From a virus (Duplodnaviria > Caudoviricetes), in the IMG/VR virus record IMGVR_UViG_3300033814_000039, positions 1-35,075 of that record: a DNA stretch of 35,075 nucleotides; one strand, 5' to 3'. The translations under genes and the position numbers were made by a program. The notes beneath the pieces were generated by a model, which made no database searches, was not told the DNA's origin, and worked only from the letters and a program-made list of their open reading frames with translations. Of this stretch, positions 9,248 to 17,573 are shown piece by piece (position 1 is the first letter of the stretch; every line of letters starts with the position of its first letter).

Positions 9248-9822
9248 CAGGTCACCTGGTCCAGCAAGGCCGGATCATTCGTATAGAGCGGCGGGGCCGC
9301 GGCCGCCGCCTCGTCGTCCCGGGCGAACCACTCCGGGACCAGGATCCTGGCGTTCGCGTTGAATTTGTCGGCCGGGTCGGCGAGCCACTCGGCCGGCGAG
9401 CGGCCACCACGGCGCGTCATCCGACGGAGGAGGTCGTGGAGCTGCGGCGGGTAGGCGGGCTGGGAGGGATCCGCGAAGACGCCGATGCGGCGCAAGTAGG
9501 CGACCACGGCGGGCCCCAGATCCTCCCCCAGGAGCCAGAGTTCTTCCGGGCGGAGCCGCGGGGCCACGAGGGCCCGGGCGAGAAGCTGTTCGCCCCAGGC
9601 CTCCCACCCGACGTCACTCCGCCAGCGCGCCGCGGGATCGAGCGCGGCGTAACAGGCGCCGACGCCCGGCCACGCCCCCGGCATTCCCCGATAGCACTCC
9701 GCCGCCGGCAGCACGCGGACCACGATCCACGCGGGTGCGCCGCCGGCCGCTGAGGCTCCGGGCAACGGGATCCGGAACGTCCTATGCTGTGGCGCCGGCT
9801 GCCGCGGCCGCGTGCGCATCAT
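9247..9822 (-). CDS. Second tail assembly chaperone (GT-like), paralogous to the upstream chaperone (191 aa)
   Basis: Lies just before the tape measure (TGATG coupling); aligns by eye to the upstream chaperone and has a C-terminal extension. Confidence 0.65.
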   Translation of the reverse strand: MMRTRPRQPAPQHRTFRIPLPGASAAGGAPAWIVVRVLPAAECYRGMPGAWPGVGACYAALDPAARWRSDVGWEAWGEQLLARALVAPRLRPEELWLLGEDLGPAVVAYLRRIGVFADPSQPAYPPQLHDLLRRMTRRGGRSPAEWLADPADKFNANARILVPEWFARDDEAAAAAPPLYTNDPALLDQVT

Positions 9823-10222
9823 CGGACGTCTTTTCGGTCGGGATGAACCCCGAGAACCGCAGGATCTCCGCGATCAGCCAGTCCGCGTCCGGCCCGAAGG
9901 CGCGGGCTTCCTCGGCGGAGACCTTGGGCTCCATGACCGAGAGCGCGATCACCTGGAAATCCACGTCCAGCCAAACCCGATCCAGGCGCCGGCGCTCGGC
10001 CTCCGGGAGCGACGCCCGCCAGTCGCGCAGGCGCTGGACCCGCTCGTCCGGCGGCCACTCCTCCTGCCCCGGGGCGGGTGGTGGGTGCAGCGTGCGGACC
10101 TCGCCGGCCGTCAGCCGCCGGATCCTTACGGTCTGGGGCTTCCCGGCCTCTTCGGACCAGGCCGGGAGGACCAGCGTGGTCGTGGCCCGGCTCAAGAGTG
10201 CTTCGCGCGTCACAGTTCCCAT
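9782..10222 (-). CDS. Tail assembly chaperone (G-like, 146 aa; start MGTVTREALL)
   Basis: Follows the tail tube gene; GAGGAG ribosome-binding site; TREALL...VRIRRLTAGE...MEPKVSAEEA pattern typical of siphophage chaperones. Confidence 0.75.
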   Translation of the reverse strand: MGTVTREALLSRATTTLVLPAWSEEAGKPQTVRIRRLTAGEVRTLHPPPAPGQEEWPPDERVQRLRDWRASLPEAERRRLDRVWLDVDFQVIALSVMEPKVSAEEARAFGPDADWLIAEILRFSGFIPTEKTSDDAHAAAAAGATA

Positions 10223-10236
10223 CTGGCTCTCCTCAC

Positions 10237-11223
10237 TTAGTCGAAGGTGATCACCAGGCTGTCCTCGCCCGTATCGCCCAGCAGATTCAGCGTGACCGGG
10301 AACGTCCGCAGCTCGTCGCGGACGCCCCAGCGGAGCTGGCTGATCTGGGCCTTGGCGCCGCTGAATTTGACTCGCGTATATTGCAACCCGGTCGTCTGGA
10401 AGCTCCAGTCCACCAGCGTCCCGGCTCTCCACGTTGAGAACCAGTCGAAGGTCGCCGCCGTCACGGCTTCGGGGTCGAACTCCATGGTCGGCGGGCGCGT
10501 CGGATCCCTCGTGAGGAAGAACCCGGCAAAGGCGTTGGCGTCGTTCGGGCCCGCAATCGGGGGCACGATGTTGTTGAGCGCCATGGAGAGGCTGCGGAAC
10601 TGGGCCGCGTAGTTGGCGGCCCCGATCTGGAAGGCGGCGGCGGCAAGGATCGGATGAATCGGCGCCGCCGCGGGCTGGCCGGTCACAAGGGCCTGGGTGC
10701 CTCGGCCTCCATGGAGCCCCGTAAACGTCGAGCGCAGGATCACCGGCTGCCCCGTCTGGAAGATCAGCGAGGCGTCCCCATGGGCGCCCAGGAGCGCGAG
10801 GCTCGGGGCATTCTCCTGCATGAACTTCAGGGCGACTGATTCGTGGCCACTCGCCTTGGGATGTTTGTACGTGACGCTCTCGGCGCCCGGCGTCGTCACC
10901 ACCGTCTCGCTGAACCCGAGCGCGCGTAGGAGGAAGCCACCTTCGGGCTTGACGGTGGCCGAGTAGGCCACGCCTTTGCCGCGAAAGCGCCAATCGAACG
11001 CCGCCCGGGCCATCAGCTCCCCGGGGATCCCCGGCAGGGCGGCGAGCAGTCCCGACAGAGCGGGAAACGGATAGAAGCCCCCAGGCTCCTCCGGACTCAG
11101 CTCTTCGATCGGCAGCAAGTCGGCCGCGACGGGCGCGCCGCCAAAGGGATCCGTTCCGTACGTGCTCTCGATCTTCGCCGCCAGGGTGGAACGGCGGGGT
11201 CGCGCAACCGTGTTCGATGGCAT
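10237..11223 (-). CDS. Major tail (tube) protein (328 aa)
   Basis: N-terminal LAAKIESTYGTDP motif, beta-rich, ends DSLVITFD; lies between the tail terminator and the chaperones. Confidence 0.85.
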   Translation of the reverse strand: MPSNTVARPRRSTLAAKIESTYGTDPFGGAPVAADLLPIEELSPEEPGGFYPFPALSGLLAALPGIPGELMARAAFDWRFRGKGVAYSATVKPEGGFLLRALGFSETVVTTPGAESVTYKHPKASGHESVALKFMQENAPSLALLGAHGDASLIFQTGQPVILRSTFTGLHGGRGTQALVTGQPAAAPIHPILAAAAFQIGAANYAAQFRSLSMALNNIVPPIAGPNDANAFAGFFLTRDPTRPPTMEFDPEAVTAATFDWFSTWRAGTLVDWSFQTTGLQYTRVKFSGAKAQISQLRWGVRDELRTFPVTLNLLGDTGEDSLVITFD

Positions 11224-11227
11224 CGGC

Positions 11228-11401
11228 TCAGCCCTCCTTCACCGCGGCGGCTTCGCGCTCGACGATCGTCAGCGCGGTCCCCGCTGGATAGAAGATTCGC
11301 GTCTCGCTATCTCGCTCCTTCACCCGGATTCCGTTCTCCGCGATCTCTTCGACGATCGCCAGCACCCCATCGGGCGTGCGCACCAGGTCTTGGACGTCCA
11401 T
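11228..11401 (-). CDS. Small hypothetical protein (57 aa, MDVQDLVRTPDGVLAIVEEI...)
   Basis: Manual translation; AAGGAG RBS; fills the gap exactly; below the ORF-track size cutoff. Confidence 0.65.
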   Translation of the reverse strand: MDVQDLVRTPDGVLAIVEEIAENGIRVKERDSETRIFYPAGTALTIVEREAAAVKEG

Positions 11402-11415
11402 CGGTTTTCTCCTTT

Positions 11416-11874
11416 TCAGAAGGTGACCTCCTCGGTAGCCGGCATCGTGATCTCCACGTAATGGACCAGATAGTCGCTGAACGTCCGGATCTCCGCGATC
11501 CGCACCGACGGCGGCCCCACCAGGAGCGCCGTCCCATCCAGATGATCGAGCTCCTTCACCCGGAGCGCCGCGCAGACCGTCTCGACCAGGTCCTGGAAGT
11601 CCTTCTCCGTGGATCCCTCCTGGTCGAGCGCCCGGTAGCCCCGGATCACCATCAGGTGGCGCCGGCTATTCACGCGCTCCTGGTCCCGCTTCGTCTCGAC
11701 CGTGGACTCTCGGGTGATCGTCCAGCCCTGCATGTAGGCGAGCGCCTCGGACTTGAAGTAGGCCAGGAAGCGCTCCTTCCGCGTCGCCCAAGGCTCGAAA
11801 TCGGTGACGACGCCGATCGCGGCCACGCCATCGAGGACGGCCTTGAGCGCGGTGCGGAGATCGCTCAGCGCCAT
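11416..11874 (-). CDS. Putative tail terminator/completion protein (152 aa; start MALSDLRTAL)
   Basis: TGATG coupling; size and position between the HK97 gp10-like gene and the tail tube. Confidence 0.65.
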   Translation of the reverse strand: MALSDLRTALKAVLDGVAAIGVVTDFEPWATRKERFLAYFKSEALAYMQGWTITRESTVETKRDQERVNSRRHLMVIRGYRALDQEGSTEKDFQDLVETVCAALRVKELDHLDGTALLVGPPSVRIAEIRTFSDYLVHYVEITMPATEEVTF

Positions 11875-12383
11875 CAGCGGCCTCCGAGCTGGCGGGCCAG
11901 CCGCTCCCCGAGCGCCTGAAAGCGCTGGCGGGCGATCGGGTCCAGCCGCTGCGCAGCCTGAAAGAACATCGACGCCCCCGTCGTGCCCACGCGGCCGATC
12001 TTGCGGGCGATGAGGAACGCCACGCTCCGGGCCCGGCGCGCATCCGAGATCCCGAGCTTCCGGACGACCCAGAGCAGGAGCGCCTTCGTCGGCGGTTGCT
12101 TGCCCGGCCGGCGGCCGCGCTCGACGATCGGCAGATAGAAGAGCGAGGACGCGACCACGCCCGTCCGCGCCCCCGGACGCCCGCGCAGCTCCGTGAAGAT
12201 CGACCCGCGGCCGAGGCCCGAGGCCCCCCGCGGCGTGCCGCCGACCACGAGCCGCTGGCCCATCGACGACAGCTCCGTCAGCTCCGCCGAGATCTCCTGG
12301 TCGAAGAGCGCCTGAAACGACCGCGATTCGAAGAGCGGCCCGGCCGTCTTGAGCTCGATCGTCAGGGGATCCCGTCCCGCCAT
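11874..12383 (-). CDS. HK97 gp10-like neck / tail-completion protein (169 aa)
   Basis: TPRGASGLGRGSI...YLPIVERGRRPGKQPP...IARKIGRVGT...FF pattern. Confidence 0.75.
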   Translation of the reverse strand: MAGRDPLTIELKTAGPLFESRSFQALFDQEISAELTELSSMGQRLVVGGTPRGASGLGRGSIFTELRGRPGARTGVVASSLFYLPIVERGRRPGKQPPTKALLLWVVRKLGISDARRARSVAFLIARKIGRVGTTGASMFFQAAQRLDPIARQRFQALGERLARQLGGR

Positions 12384-13075
12384 CAGCGCCACCGCCGCGG
12401 GTGATAGAAGCGGTCCCCGCCCGGCTGGAGGTCCACGTCCAGGTCAATCGACGCGCCCGCCGCCGGTACCTGGTCCTGATCCTTCAGCCCCAGGTGCTCC
12501 TTGAACGCTTTGAGGAGCCGGTCGGCGAGCATCGTGTAGTCCTGGGCCTTCGTGCGGTAGTTCACCGCGTCGGCGGCGAGCGTCGGGTCCTGGGTCTGCG
12601 CGTAGTACGCCGCCAGGGCGCGAGCGCCGAAGCTCGCGGCCAGCTTCGCGGCCGACTCCCGGTCGAAGACGGCCACCGTGTCCTGGGTCGCATCCACCGC
12701 GTGGCGCACCGTGTAGAGGAAGCGCACTTTTTCGCTCGCGGTCGGGGTGTGACGGATCAGTCGGAACCGAAGCCCCTGCGTGGGATCCCGGTACACCAGC
12801 CAGTCCTCGCGCTCGATGAATTCCGGCTCCCGCTTTCCGGCCGGATACTCGACCTCTCCGCGGAGCGTGGAGAAGCCGTCTTCCCAATCCGTCGGCACCG
12901 CGAATTCAAAGGCCGACCCCGTGCCCGTGATCTCGTGCACGCGCTCGCGGGGGCGGTGCTTCGAGTACTCCTTGATGGCCTCGGTGACGGCCTTGAGCTT
13001 CTCGGCCGGGGCGAGGAGGTTGGCCGTGTCCTTGAGCTCCTGATCGAACAGCGTGAGCCAATCAGCGAGGGCCAT
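12383..13075 (-). CDS. Putative head-tail adaptor/connector (230 aa)
   Basis: First gene of the neck block; helical N- and C-termini (AVTEAIKEYSKHRP; AAKLAASFGARALAAYYAQ). Confidence 0.65.
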   Translation of the reverse strand: MALADWLTLFDQELKDTANLLAPAEKLKAVTEAIKEYSKHRPRERVHEITGTGSAFEFAVPTDWEDGFSTLRGEVEYPAGKREPEFIEREDWLVYRDPTQGLRFRLIRHTPTASEKVRFLYTVRHAVDATQDTVAVFDRESAAKLAASFGARALAAYYAQTQDPTLAADAVNYRTKAQDYTMLADRLLKAFKEHLGLKDQDQVPAAGASIDLDVDLQPGGDRFYHPRRWR

Positions 13076-13081
13076 GGCGCC

Positions 13082-13399
13082 TCATTTCCGCACGATCCAG
13101 ACGTCCGAGTCGGCGTTGGGGAAGAAGACGTCCTTCGAGGTCGCGTCGGTGACCTTCCAGCGGGCGGTGTAGGGGCTCTTCGACATAAGAAGATCGGCCG
13201 CTACGGGCGCGTAGCGCGCCTTGGCCAGAACGGCGTCCACCCAGCTCGACACGCCCCCCAGCGTCACGAGGGCGCCCGCATTGTCCCGGAGCACCAGCGC
13301 CACCGTCGTCCCGGTCATGTTCCCGGCCACGCCATCCATCGTGAGCTGCATGTCGATCGGACCGGTCCACCCCTCGACAAGCGGGAGCGGCGCGTCCAT
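13082..13399 (-). CDS. BppU-N-like Ig-fold fibre attachment protein (105 aa)
   Basis: GNMTGTTVALVLRD...ARYAPVAADL...YTARWKVT...FFPN pattern; directly follows the repeat fibre gene. Confidence 0.55.
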   Translation of the reverse strand: MDAPLPLVEGWTGPIDMQLTMDGVAGNMTGTTVALVLRDNAGALVTLGGVSSWVDAVLAKARYAPVAADLLMSKSPYTARWKVTDATSKDVFFPNADSDVWIVRK

Positions 13400-14785
13400 T
13401 CACAGCTTCTCCGTGGTCCGTCGGGGCATGAGGGTCGCCGTCTCCCGCGCCGGAACCAGCGAGAACATCGCCCGGCGCGCCACGAGACTCGCCGCCGCTC
13501 GCGCCGGGATGAGCGACGCCACGGCCCGTCGGGGCATCAGCGAGATCGTCGTCGCGACGATCACATCCCCCAGGCTCGTGACCGCGAACGCTTGGAGGGC
13601 TTCCGCCAGATCCACGGTCTCGGGAAAGGCGCGCGCCACGGTGAGAATCCTGGTCTCCGTCAGGCCCAGGCCCTCCTGGACGGCGCGCCCGATCTGCGCC
13701 CGCCGCGCCTCGTCCAGGAGGGCCACATCCTCCAGCCGACGGGCGAACGCGGTCATCAGCGCCTGGGCAAGCCCCAGGCTCTCGGTGATCGTGCGCCGCG
13801 CCTGGCGGACCTGGCTCTCGGTGAATTCGACCGTCTCCTCGAGGAGGCGCGCCGTCAGGCGATCCACCTCCTCCGCGAGGAGGACGGTCTCCGCGATGGG
13901 GGCCCGCGCCGCCATGCGGCGGAGCGTTTCGGTTGCCTGAAGATCTTCCGCGAGTCTGACCGCGCTGGCCAGCGTCAGCGTCTCCCCCAGCAACGCGGCC
14001 TCCACGAGCGCCCGCCGAGTCTCCCGGGGGAGAGTTTCCACCAGGCTGACCGCGTCGGCGAGGTTCGACGCCTTGCCAACGCTCCGCGTGAGCGCCTCGG
14101 TGAACAGAACTTCGTCGCCCAGGGAGACGAGGACCGTCTTGATCGCCGTGAGGGCCTCCGCGAGCTCCGGGCTCTCCGCGAGCACGCGCCGCGTCTCCCG
14201 CACCAGCTGCTCTGTGAAGGCCGCCGCCTCGGCCTCCGTCCGGCGCGTCTCCCGGCGCTGGGCCTCCGTCAGGCCCAGCGTGTCCGCGACCTGGAGGATG
14301 ATCAGCCTGACGGGCGCCAGCGACTCCTGCAAATCGGCCGCCTCCGCGATCGTGCGGGCGATCCGGTTCAGCACCATATCTGTCAGATTGACCGTCTCCT
14401 CGATCTTCGCATCGACCCGAAAGATCAGAGCTTCCGCGAGCCCCAAGCCTTCGGCGATCGCCTTGCCGGGCTGTCGTGTCAGCGCCTCCGTGGGGATCAG
14501 CTCCTCGGCGATGGTCCGAAGCACCAGGCGCGTCAGCACGCTCGTCAACCCCACCGTCTCGACGAGGAGCTTGCCCGTCTGCGGCGTCAGCGCCTCCACG
14601 AGGTTCGGGGCCTCGGCCATCGTGCGGTCGGCGCGGCGGAGGAGCGCCTCCGTCGCCTCGAGCGTGTCGGCGAGGGCCTGCTCGAACGTGACGCCGCCGA
14701 ATAGGGTCATTGAGCTACGGCGGCGAGGCGGCCGCAGCAGGAGGAGCCCGGGCATCGACCGCAACTGGAGGTAGTAACCCGGCAT
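13400..14785 (-). CDS. Repetitive fibre-like protein (461 aa): ~20 x 18-aa repeats plus 5 x 9-aa C-terminal repeats
   Basis: Repeats such as TIAEELIPTEALTRQPGK, AIAEGLGLAEALIFRVDA, LLEETVEFTESQVRQARR; C-terminal MPRRAVASL, IPARAAASL, VARRAMFSL, VPARETATL, MPRRTTEKL. Confidence 0.75.
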   Translation of the reverse strand: MPGYYLQLRSMPGLLLLRPPRRRSSMTLFGGVTFEQALADTLEATEALLRRADRTMAEAPNLVEALTPQTGKLLVETVGLTSVLTRLVLRTIAEELIPTEALTRQPGKAIAEGLGLAEALIFRVDAKIEETVNLTDMVLNRIARTIAEAADLQESLAPVRLIILQVADTLGLTEAQRRETRRTEAEAAAFTEQLVRETRRVLAESPELAEALTAIKTVLVSLGDEVLFTEALTRSVGKASNLADAVSLVETLPRETRRALVEAALLGETLTLASAVRLAEDLQATETLRRMAARAPIAETVLLAEEVDRLTARLLEETVEFTESQVRQARRTITESLGLAQALMTAFARRLEDVALLDEARRAQIGRAVQEGLGLTETRILTVARAFPETVDLAEALQAFAVTSLGDVIVATTISLMPRRAVASLIPARAAASLVARRAMFSLVPARETATLMPRRTTEKL

Positions 14786-14788
14786 CGC

Positions 14789-15046
14789 CTACTCTATATC
14801 CTCGTCCGTCACCAGGATCACCGCACCAGCCGCTTCCGCGGATTCCTCGGCCGGCGTCATGCTCAGCATTGCGGGTGTGAGACCGCGGCCATCCAGCAGC
14901 ACCTTGTAGCGCGGCCCTCGGGTCTCGTCCGGTCGCCTCGGGTGGTTGGGATCCATCGCGAAGTGCCCACAGCTCCTGAGGATCATCCCCTTGCGTCCAT
15001 CGAGCAACGTCACCGCCTCGTTATCACTAAAGCGTCCAGGCTTCAT
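14789..15046 (-). CDS. Hypothetical protein (85 aa; start MKPGRFSD)
   Basis: Strong AAGGAGGAG RBS before the ATG at 15046. Confidence 0.65.
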   Translation of the reverse strand: MKPGRFSDNEAVTLLDGRKGMILRSCGHFAMDPNHPRRPDETRGPRYKVLLDGRGLTPAMLSMTPAEESAEAAGAVILVTDEDIE

Positions 15047-15057
15047 GGGCTCCTCCT

Positions 15058-15528
15058 TTACTGGAGCTCGCGCGCGACCAGCGTCGCCCGCCACGTCCCC
15101 GACGCGGGCGCCACCGGAAACTTCATGGCGATAATCCCGCCTTGTGGGACCCAGATCTCCCCGGGCCGGACCGGGGTCCAGAGCCACCCGTTCAGAATGT
15201 TGAACCCCTCGTCTATGAGAACCTCCCCATCCGTGCCTTCGGCCGACCCCGTGTAGCCCGTCGCCGCGGTTCCTCCGACAGCCAGGGAGGAGGGATTTCC
15301 CGGGTTCGTCTTCCGAGGCGTGAAGCTCGTGACGGTCGCCGCGGCCGTTTTCCTGAGCAGCTGGACCTGTTCCTGGGTGCTCGTCTCCGAGAGCCCCTGG
15401 GTTAGTACGGCCCGGATCACTTCGAGGGCTGCGGCCCCGGCCTTAATTTGGAGAAGCGTGATCGCCGTCGAGATGACGACCCCAGCGTCCCCGTTCTTCA
15501 CGATGTAGATATAGCCATCCGTCGGCAT
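15058..15528 (-). CDS. Hypothetical beta-rich virion-type protein (156 aa)
   Basis: TGATG coupling, AGGAGG RBS, Thr/Gly/Ala-rich composition. Confidence 0.7.
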   Translation of the reverse strand: MPTDGYIYIVKNGDAGVVISTAITLLQIKAGAAALEVIRAVLTQGLSETSTQEQVQLLRKTAAATVTSFTPRKTNPGNPSSLAVGGTAATGYTGSAEGTDGEVLIDEGFNILNGWLWTPVRPGEIWVPQGGIIAMKFPVAPASGTWRATLVARELQ

Positions 15529-16220
15529 CAGGCTGCCTCCTGATACAGCGTCTGAGGGCGCCGCAGGAGCGGCGGAAGCACCGTCACCTCCGCCGCGGGA
15601 TGCACGGCCAGCGTGCAGGCGTTCCAGTCATCAGACGGCGACGTAAACGTTCCTGGATCCTGCGATGCGGCATTCAGTTCGAGTCGAGCCGCACCCATAC
15701 ACACGTGCCCCGAACCCCCCGGCGACTCCTGCGCGAAGAGATTAGTAAAGTTTGTAGGAGCCACAGTGGGTTGGTTCCCCGATCCGTCGATCGCCGCGAA
15801 TGCGATCCAGAGGTAGTCCTTGGCGCCCCCGGTTGGAGTCAGTCCATCGGGGTTTGCGTTCGAGCTGAGCCCCCCGGCGCCGGCCGAGACCTGCGGCGGC
15901 GTCCCGGCCCCCGCGTGCCCCGTGATGCGGTAGGACTGATGCACGGACGCCTCCGACGTCCCCGTCGTGACCGTGATCGTGCTGCCCTCGGTCCCGTCGG
16001 CGATCCGATACCCGATAGAGAGCGTAGACTCCGTATTGGCATTGAGGTCGATGAGCTCGGTCCACCCGCCCGGCCAGCCGACCTCCTCGTTCGAGTCGGC
16101 ACCGAAGAGGACAATGAGGAGATCGCCGGATACGATTCCGCTCGGTAGATTGACCGCGTGATCGGTCTGGTTCACCGTGCTCGCGCCGGAATTGGTCGCC
16201 GCGACTTGCGGAAAAGCCAT
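15528..16220 (-). CDS. Putative virion surface/adhesin domain protein (230 aa)
   Basis: LPSGIVSGDLLIV...WPGGWT...YRIADGTE motif resembling a common phage surface beta-sandwich; locally lower GC. Confidence 0.65.
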   Translation of the reverse strand: MAFPQVAATNSGASTVNQTDHAVNLPSGIVSGDLLIVLFGADSNEEVGWPGGWTELIDLNANTESTLSIGYRIADGTEGSTITVTTGTSEASVHQSYRITGHAGAGTPPQVSAGAGGLSSNANPDGLTPTGGAKDYLWIAFAAIDGSGNQPTVAPTNFTNLFAQESPGGSGHVCMGAARLELNAASQDPGTFTSPSDDWNACTLAVHPAAEVTVLPPLLRRPQTLYQEAA

Positions 16221-16484
16221 CTAGGGACTCCACACCGCACTCCACTCCACATCGAACGACGTAATCTCTCTCCCTGTCCCATCCTCGTTGACCACTCGAC
16301 GAACCGCCAACTGGCGACCGCGCACGTTGAGCTTCTCCCGTGCTCCTACTCGGATCGAGGATCCCGCGATCGTGAAGGTGACGGCACGATCTCCGGTGGA
16401 TTCGATCGTCATCGCCCCCGTCCCGTCATGCTCCAGCACGAGGAACTGGTCCCGGTTGCGACGGAGCAGATTATGAAGCGCCAC
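16221..16484 (-). CDS. Hypothetical protein (87 aa)
   Basis: GGAG RBS before GTG; stop abuts the next start. Confidence 0.55.
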   Translation of the reverse strand: MALHNLLRRNRDQFLVLEHDGTGAMTIESTGDRAVTFTIAGSSIRVGAREKLNVRGRQLAVRRVVNEDGTGREITSFDVEWSAVWSP

Positions 16485-16566
16485 ACCAGAGTCTCCCGAG
16501 CGCCCACGCCCAGACCGCGCCAGTCAGCAGAATCAACCCGCTCGTCACGAGGACCCGCTCAGTCAT
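16471..16566 (-). CDS. Possible single-TM micropeptide (31 aa, MTERVLVTSGLILLTGAVWAWALGRLWCGAS)
   Basis: Manual translation; overlaps both neighbours; one hydrophobic helix. Confidence 0.35.
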   Translation of the reverse strand: MTERVLVTSGLILLTGAVWAWALGRLWCGAS

Positions 16567-16783
16567 CGACCCACCCGGCCTTGAGACACGCTTGGTGGAC
16601 TGCCTCACCGATGCCCTCCGGGCTTGACCCCTGCACGTTTGCCTTGCCGACTCGCACCGTGGCCTTGCAGGTTTGAAGGACGCGCCCGTGACGGGTGAAG
16701 GAGCCGCGACGGAGAATCAAGCGACCGCCCCGAGACCGCTCCACCGCCCGTCGCACGAGGACGCCGAGCTCGGCATCCGTCAC
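16559..16783 (-). CDS. Hypothetical protein (74 aa; start GTG, MTDAELGVLV)
   Basis: GTGA coupling to the upstream stop. Confidence 0.5.
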   Translation of the reverse strand: MTDAELGVLVRRAVERSRGGRLILRRGSFTRHGRVLQTCKATVRVGKANVQGSSPEGIGEAVHQACLKAGWVDD

Positions 16784-17154
16784 GGGGGCGGCACCGTTAC
16801 GAACTTCGGTCCCGGCACCGTGTACCAGACCGCGTTCCAGCGAAATACCTCCCGGTCCGGGTCTCGATACACGGCCGCCGCCATCCACCAGGTCCGGCTG
16901 TCCGGGATCGGCACCGTGAAGCCGGGGGTCGTCGATTCGGCCACTCGCCTCCAGGCCGTCGGAATCCGGTTCACGTTCCAGCAGTTTGACGCGCACCGAT
17001 AGAGCCGGTAGGCCGTGGCCCCCTCGGACATCGCCCAGGAAAACGTCTCCGTGCGGGGAGGGGTTTGGGGCGAGGATGGATTCACCCAGAACAGCGCCCC
17101 TGCAATCGTCGCGGCAAGCCAGAGACTTGCGATCAGGAGAAGCCGAGCGATCAT
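16780..17154 (-). CDS. Signal-peptide/anchor-bearing FN3-like protein (124 aa)
   Basis: MIARLLLIASLWLAATIAGALFW hydrophobic N-terminus; TFSW...GATAYRLYRC FN3-like strands; CASNC cysteine pair; ATGA coupling. Confidence 0.65.
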   Translation of the reverse strand: MIARLLLIASLWLAATIAGALFWVNPSSPQTPPRTETFSWAMSEGATAYRLYRCASNCWNVNRIPTAWRRVAESTTPGFTVPIPDSRTWWMAAAVYRDPDREVFRWNAVWYTVPGPKFVTVPPP

Positions 17155-17573
17155 CCCGTCGTCACCCGTGGGGTCGGAAAGAGCCAATCCTCGACCGCCG
17201 TCAAGCCGAGCGCCCGGAGGAACGCGATCAGGAGGTTCGTCGGCCCGCCCGGAGTGGGGAGCGTCGTCCCGGCCGCCTCATTGGAGGGCGCGGACATCCC
17301 GGCCGCATTGAAGGCGCGAACGCGATAACAGACGGTTTCTCCGGGACCCAGCGGGGCATGTGTAAACGCCTTGACGTTCACCCCCACGCGCGCGAGCTCC
17401 GTGAACGCCGTCCCCGGACTACACGGTCCCACGTGGGACTCGATCGCAAACCCGTCCTCGTTGGTCGCGTTGTCGTTCCAGGACAGGTCCAGTTTCCCGA
17501 CTCCCGCGTGACCCAAACCGGGCATGAGCAGCACCAGCAACACGATCAGCCCCATGACTCCGACCCTCTTCAT
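17151..17573 (-). CDS. Secreted fibronectin type III domain protein (140 aa)
   Basis: Sec-type signal MKRVGVMGLIVLLVLLMPGLGHA; LSWNDNATNEDGFAIE...CYRVRAFNAAGMSAPSNEA is a classic FN3 signature; two Cys. Confidence 0.8.
   Translation of the reverse strand: MKRVGVMGLIVLLVLLMPGLGHAGVGKLDLSWNDNATNEDGFAIESHVGPCSPGTAFTELARVGVNVKAFTHAPLGPGETVCYRVRAFNAAGMSAPSNEAAGTTLPTPGGPTNLLIAFLRALGLTAVEDWLFPTPRVTTG

Noticed and set aside
9782-9850. Canonical -1 slippery site for a G/GT chaperone fusion
   Set aside because: No X XXY YYZ heptamer in frame (ACC GAA AAG does not fit), and the downstream ORF is in the +1 frame.
13400-14785. CRISPR array or DNA-level tandem repeat
   Set aside because: The periodicity is at the protein level with degenerate DNA; there are no identical repeats with spacers.
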